Source: Chitinivibrionales bacterium (GTDB lineage Bacteria > Fibrobacterota > Chitinivibrionia > Chitinivibrionales > WJKA01). Taken from it: DNA of 61,775 nucleotides. Under the pieces are notes generated by a model. It ran no database searches and was not told the DNA's origin. It worked only from the letters and a program-made list of their open reading frames with translations. The stretch covers positions 1 through 61,775 of the forward strand of contig JBBRUX010000024.1 of the NCBI GenBank assembly GCA_038247415.1, given 5' to 3'. The translations under genes were made by a program, and so were the position numbers. Below, one piece after another: positions 58,484 to 61,775 of the stretch; position 1 is the stretch's first letter, and each line of letters starts with the position of its first letter.

Positions 58484-58842
58484 ATGATGGCAAAAAAGCA
58501 GGCAGGCTGCACTCCTCCGTTCTCGATCACTTCGCCGATTCGTACCAGCAATAAAAATGCAGAATCAACCGTTTTTATTGAATTCATGCTGGAGCGGATT
58601 TTCGAGGCTACAAAAACATTGCTGACCCCGAAGTCAGGAAAATGCTTACCTTGATTGTTGGCGAAATGACCAGAAAAAAGATTCTACAAAAGCTCGGACT
58701 AAAAGACGAAAAACATTTTAGAGAAAACTACCAGCAAGCCGCAATTGCCCAAGGTTTGATAGAGATGACGCTTCCCGATAAACCGAACAGCCGTTTGCAA
58801 AAATACCGGTTTACTGCGAACGTTAATTTTTTTAAGCAATAG
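58484..58842 (+). pseudogene. Fic-family gene relic lacking the catalytic domain
   Basis: GGAGG RBS; N-terminal TPPFSIT fused directly to ESTVFIEFML; frameshift to C-terminal LGLKDEKHFRENY..IEMTLPDKPNSRLQKYR; no HPFxDGNGR. Confidence 0.75.
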
Positions 58843-58860
58843 AAAGCGAATAAAAAACTA

Positions 58861-60105
58861 ATGAATTCTAGCCTTATGGGTACACTTAAAAAATTCGGAA
58901 GTAAACTCTCTTATCCTCTCGTCATACTTCTTTTTTCAATTCTCATTCTCACCGAAGTGCCATCGTATCATAATCATCCTGCCCGAGGTGCTGATTTAGG
59001 TGGATATATATGCGCTGGATTTGACGCTTTATCCTTGCGTGATTTATATGCCAACAGTGATTTTGCTCAAAACAATACATGGTTGCCGATCTTCTCTTTT
59101 TTAGCAATTCCGCTTGCACTGCTTTCAAAAGCGTTTGGATCTGTTGCAACAAAAACGATTTGGTTTTTTGTAAACTTTGGCGCACTTATTTGGAGTATTC
59201 AGATGTGGCAAGGTTTTTTGCAATGTGAAAAGATTTCATTTCTCAAAACAAAAGGCAAGGCTTTTGCCACAAAATTTGTATTATTCCCTTTGATCATTGT
59301 TTACTTTGCAGTCGCTAATAATTTTCTTCTTTTACAAATAAATCTGATAATACTTTTGCTTATGAGCCTTTGCGTAGCAGCGGCTTTCAATAAATCAGCT
59401 TGGAAGAGCGGCTTGTTTCTGGCTTTAGCCATTAGTATCAAGGTGTTTCCTGGATTACTGCTCATTTATTTTGCACTCAAGCGTCAATGGAAAATTTGCG
59501 GGTATACGCTGCTTTTCTTGGGAATACTCACTATCATTCCAGGCTTTTTATATGGCTTTGATAATTATATCACAATGATTAAGCATTGGATGGCTATTGC
59601 ACACAATTATAATCTTTACGATATGCGTGGCCCCAATAATCAATCGGTGTATGCTATTGTTTCGCGGTTATTTCAAAAGAGTGTAAGCCTTGCAACTATG
59701 AAGCTGATGATCTCTGGTTGTATTGGAATAACATACCTTTTTAGTTTTACAAAAATCATGTTTACAAGAATTGAATTTGGGCGCAATAAAAATTCCTATG
59801 CGGAAATTGCGCTTATAATCCTTCTCACAATTATATTCTCGCCAATTGCATGGCGTCATTATTGGGTGTTGATGCTTCCAGCCTCGTTGTGTGCCTTCCG
59901 ACGTGCTTTAGAAGGAAATTTTAAGCGCTTTCCGTTAATTCTTTATGTGTCAGCTTGCTTGTGCATGGTTTTTCCAGAGCTACTCAGCAAAAGCGCACGA
60001 TTATGGGCTTACAATCATGGCAATTACCTAGTGGCCGCGCTTTGTTTAATTTTTGCCCTTGCATTATCTTTGCCTCATCATAATCCTAATAACCAGAATT
60101 CATAG
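58861..60105 (+). CDS. GT87/DUF2029 family membrane glycosyltransferase
   Basis: DL..Y, WLP, LQIN, LAISIKVFP, NNQS, SPIAWRHY; polytopic. Confidence 0.8.
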   Translation: MNSSLMGTLKKFGSKLSYPLVILLFSILILTEVPSYHNHPARGADLGGYICAGFDALSLRDLYANSDFAQNNTWLPIFSFLAIPLALLSKAFGSVATKTIWFFVNFGALIWSIQMWQGFLQCEKISFLKTKGKAFATKFVLFPLIIVYFAVANNFLLLQINLIILLLMSLCVAAAFNKSAWKSGLFLALAISIKVFPGLLLIYFALKRQWKICGYTLLFLGILTIIPGFLYGFDNYITMIKHWMAIAHNYNLYDMRGPNNQSVYAIVSRLFQKSVSLATMKLMISGCIGITYLFSFTKIMFTRIEFGRNKNSYAEIALIILLTIIFSPIAWRHYWVLMLPASLCAFRRALEGNFKRFPLILYVSACLCMVFPELLSKSARLWAYNHGNYLVAALCLIFALALSLPHHNPNNQNS

Positions 60106-60407
60106 GGCACTCAGAGTTTTTTAAGTTTTTTTATGTCAATCTCCCCAAGGATCCCGTTTTTTCCCAAAGCGCTCTATCAAATTGGCGTTTTCGGTAACAC
60201 TTCCCAACAGAGGTTATCTAATATATCAAAATGATATGCTTCAAAAGACGAAATCCCTCAAATACCAAGGATCCTGAAGCGTATTTGCTCGAAACGAGCG
60301 GATATTCACGCGGGAATTCGATAGGTAGATCATGGCCTACATATTGCTCTATCTATTGTGGGATAAAAACTAGTATTTTATTTTAATCTTTTAACAAGGA
60401 GCGTACT

Positions 60408-61391
60408 ATGCGTTGTGTTCTGATTGCAGCTCTTATTTGTGCAGGGTTTTTAATTGCAGTCCCTACCAAATTTTCTGCATCTGCTGCAGTATCAGTATCT
60501 GCCGCAGTACAGGTTAATTTCAGCGATTTGGATGAATATGGAGAATGGGTGCATACCCCCGATTATGGTAGCGTGTGGCGTCCCTATGCCGAAGCTGATT
60601 GGAAGCCCTTCATGTATGGGCGATGGGTGTATTCTAACGATGGTTGGGTATGGGATGCCGATGAACCATTTGGTTGGATTGTATGCCATTATGGGAGCTG
60701 GGTTCATAATGATGATGATGGCTGGTTGTGGGTGCCTGGATACGAATGGTCTCCTGCGCGAGTCCATTGGCGTGTAACCGATCGGGAAGTAGGATGGAGC
60801 CCTATTTTTGCAGGACGATATGGACGTTCTTCGGTGGATATTTCATCGTCCTGGTTTTTTTGCCCTACACCACTGTTTACCTCGGTTGAAGTACGTAGAC
60901 ATATAGAGGTTCGTCAAGCGCCAAGGGCTTCGGTAAGTGTGAGTTTTGGAACTGTCGCACCACGTATTGAAGTTGTAGAGCGCTTTGTTCGTGCTCCTGT
61001 TGTTCGCGTTTCTGTAAATAAAGTTTCGGTTACGCGAGAACGGCCTTTAGTTCGCGTGGAAGTACGTCGCCCAACGAGCGAAGTGCGATACACAGCGCCT
61101 GTGGGAGTGCAGTATAAGCGCGTTGAGGTGCGGCGTGCTGAACCCGAAAATTCGCGCGTAATTGTAACGCCTTCGGTTCGGGCAAATGTAACAATTCGTT
61201 CGCAACGTGATGAAGATCCCGATGTGACGGTACGAACTCGCCGAGAAGAGCCTGCGGGTGTAACGGTGAGAAAAGTAGAAAGCGAACCCTCTAGAAAAGT
61301 AAAGGTGGAAGTAAGGGGGAAGTCGGACGATGACCAGGATGATGAAGACGATAATCATAAAAAAACACGGATTGAAGTTCGTAAGAACTAA
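60408..61391 (+). CDS. DUF6600-like secreted protein with low-complexity tail
   Basis: Signal peptide, LDEYGEW..YGSVWRP, WKPF.YGRW, PFGW...HYG.W, W.W.PG.EWSPARV.W, VGW.P; AAGGAG RBS. Confidence 0.78.
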   Translation: MRCVLIAALICAGFLIAVPTKFSASAAVSVSAAVQVNFSDLDEYGEWVHTPDYGSVWRPYAEADWKPFMYGRWVYSNDGWVWDADEPFGWIVCHYGSWVHNDDDGWLWVPGYEWSPARVHWRVTDREVGWSPIFAGRYGRSSVDISSSWFFCPTPLFTSVEVRRHIEVRQAPRASVSVSFGTVAPRIEVVERFVRAPVVRVSVNKVSVTRERPLVRVEVRRPTSEVRYTAPVGVQYKRVEVRRAEPENSRVIVTPSVRANVTIRSQRDEDPDVTVRTRREEPAGVTVRKVESEPSRKVKVEVRGKSDDDQDDEDDNHKKTRIEVRKN

Positions 61392-61432
61392 CAAGGTTTA
61401 ATTTTTGTACCATTAACATTGACGGGGGAGAT

Positions 61433-61775
61433 ATGAAGAAGTTTTCTTTTTTAAAATTGGTTGTGATCGCATCGGTGGCTGTAGGTTTATTTTCTGGATG
61501 TACTGCATTAATTTCGATCGATCCTCCAGCTACTACAGTTAGGCTTAATAACACAATGAGCAATCTTGATATATCTGTTGGTTCAATTGCATATCGGGTA
61601 AAAAATCTTGACATGTATGGAGTAATTGTAGGCGATTTGTATTTTAGTACTGCGTATGCTGGAATGCCTACGAGCTATAAAAACTCCAATGTTTCTGGAA
61701 CGTTTGGTGTTGAATTTGACAGCTGCTTGATTACTTTGACAGATAACACAGAGATAAAAGTATCAGGAACTGTAA
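61433..61775 (+). CDS. Hypothetical lipoprotein (3'-truncated by window edge)
   Basis: GGGGAG RBS, MKKFSFLKLVVIASVAVGLFSGC lipobox, frame open to the window end. Confidence 0.75.
   Translation, partial: MKKFSFLKLVVIASVAVGLFSGCTALISIDPPATTVRLNNTMSNLDISVGSIAYRVKNLDMYGVIVGDLYFSTAYAGMPTSYKNSNVSGTFGVEFDSCLITLTDNTEIKVSGTV

Noticed and set aside
60106..60407. Intergenic region with CCAAGGATCC twice and a small hairpin GCTCGAAACGAGC
   Set aside because: There is no match to the composite element and no convincing ORF or RNA family; the evidence is too weak to call.

Overview
Bacterial chromosomal segment of mostly housekeeping and envelope genes. The host is plausibly an FCB-group organism (Fibrobacterota/Chitinivibrionia-like); this is inference only. 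Left to right it holds a Met/Cys cluster (partial cystathionine lyase/synthase, two MFS, metH, cysK, metY), a 1037-aa secreted coiled-coil protein, queF, a small 2x[4Fe-4S] ferredoxin missed by the ORF track, rapA, TRAP TatP/TatT, a GT-C membrane protein, a GHMP kinase-nucleotidyltransferase fusion, two PilT-family ATPases and a GH65 phosphorylase. It continues with an atypical aroC-M16-M16-MBL-xerD-GT4 run, htpG, a helicase-associated gene coupled to dnaE-plsC, two LbH acyltransferases opposite a CE7 esterase, an ABC exporter + DUF1854, a LolD/FtsX/LolA-like/barrel operon, GT87 and DUF6600 proteins. No rRNA, tRNA, CRISPR array or intact transposase was seen. The most unusual signal is a composite intergenic element present three times (647-990, 27054-27560, 49464-49570). 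The full copy has two homologous multi-hairpin arms in inverted orientation with compensatory base changes, flanking a central palindrome; the other two copies are deletion derivatives. Also notable are three collapsed gene relics (AAA/DUF4276, Kef, Fic), a chorismate synthase with altered catalytic motifs, and apparent enrichment of D-(S/T)-hydrophobic sequons in exported proteins.
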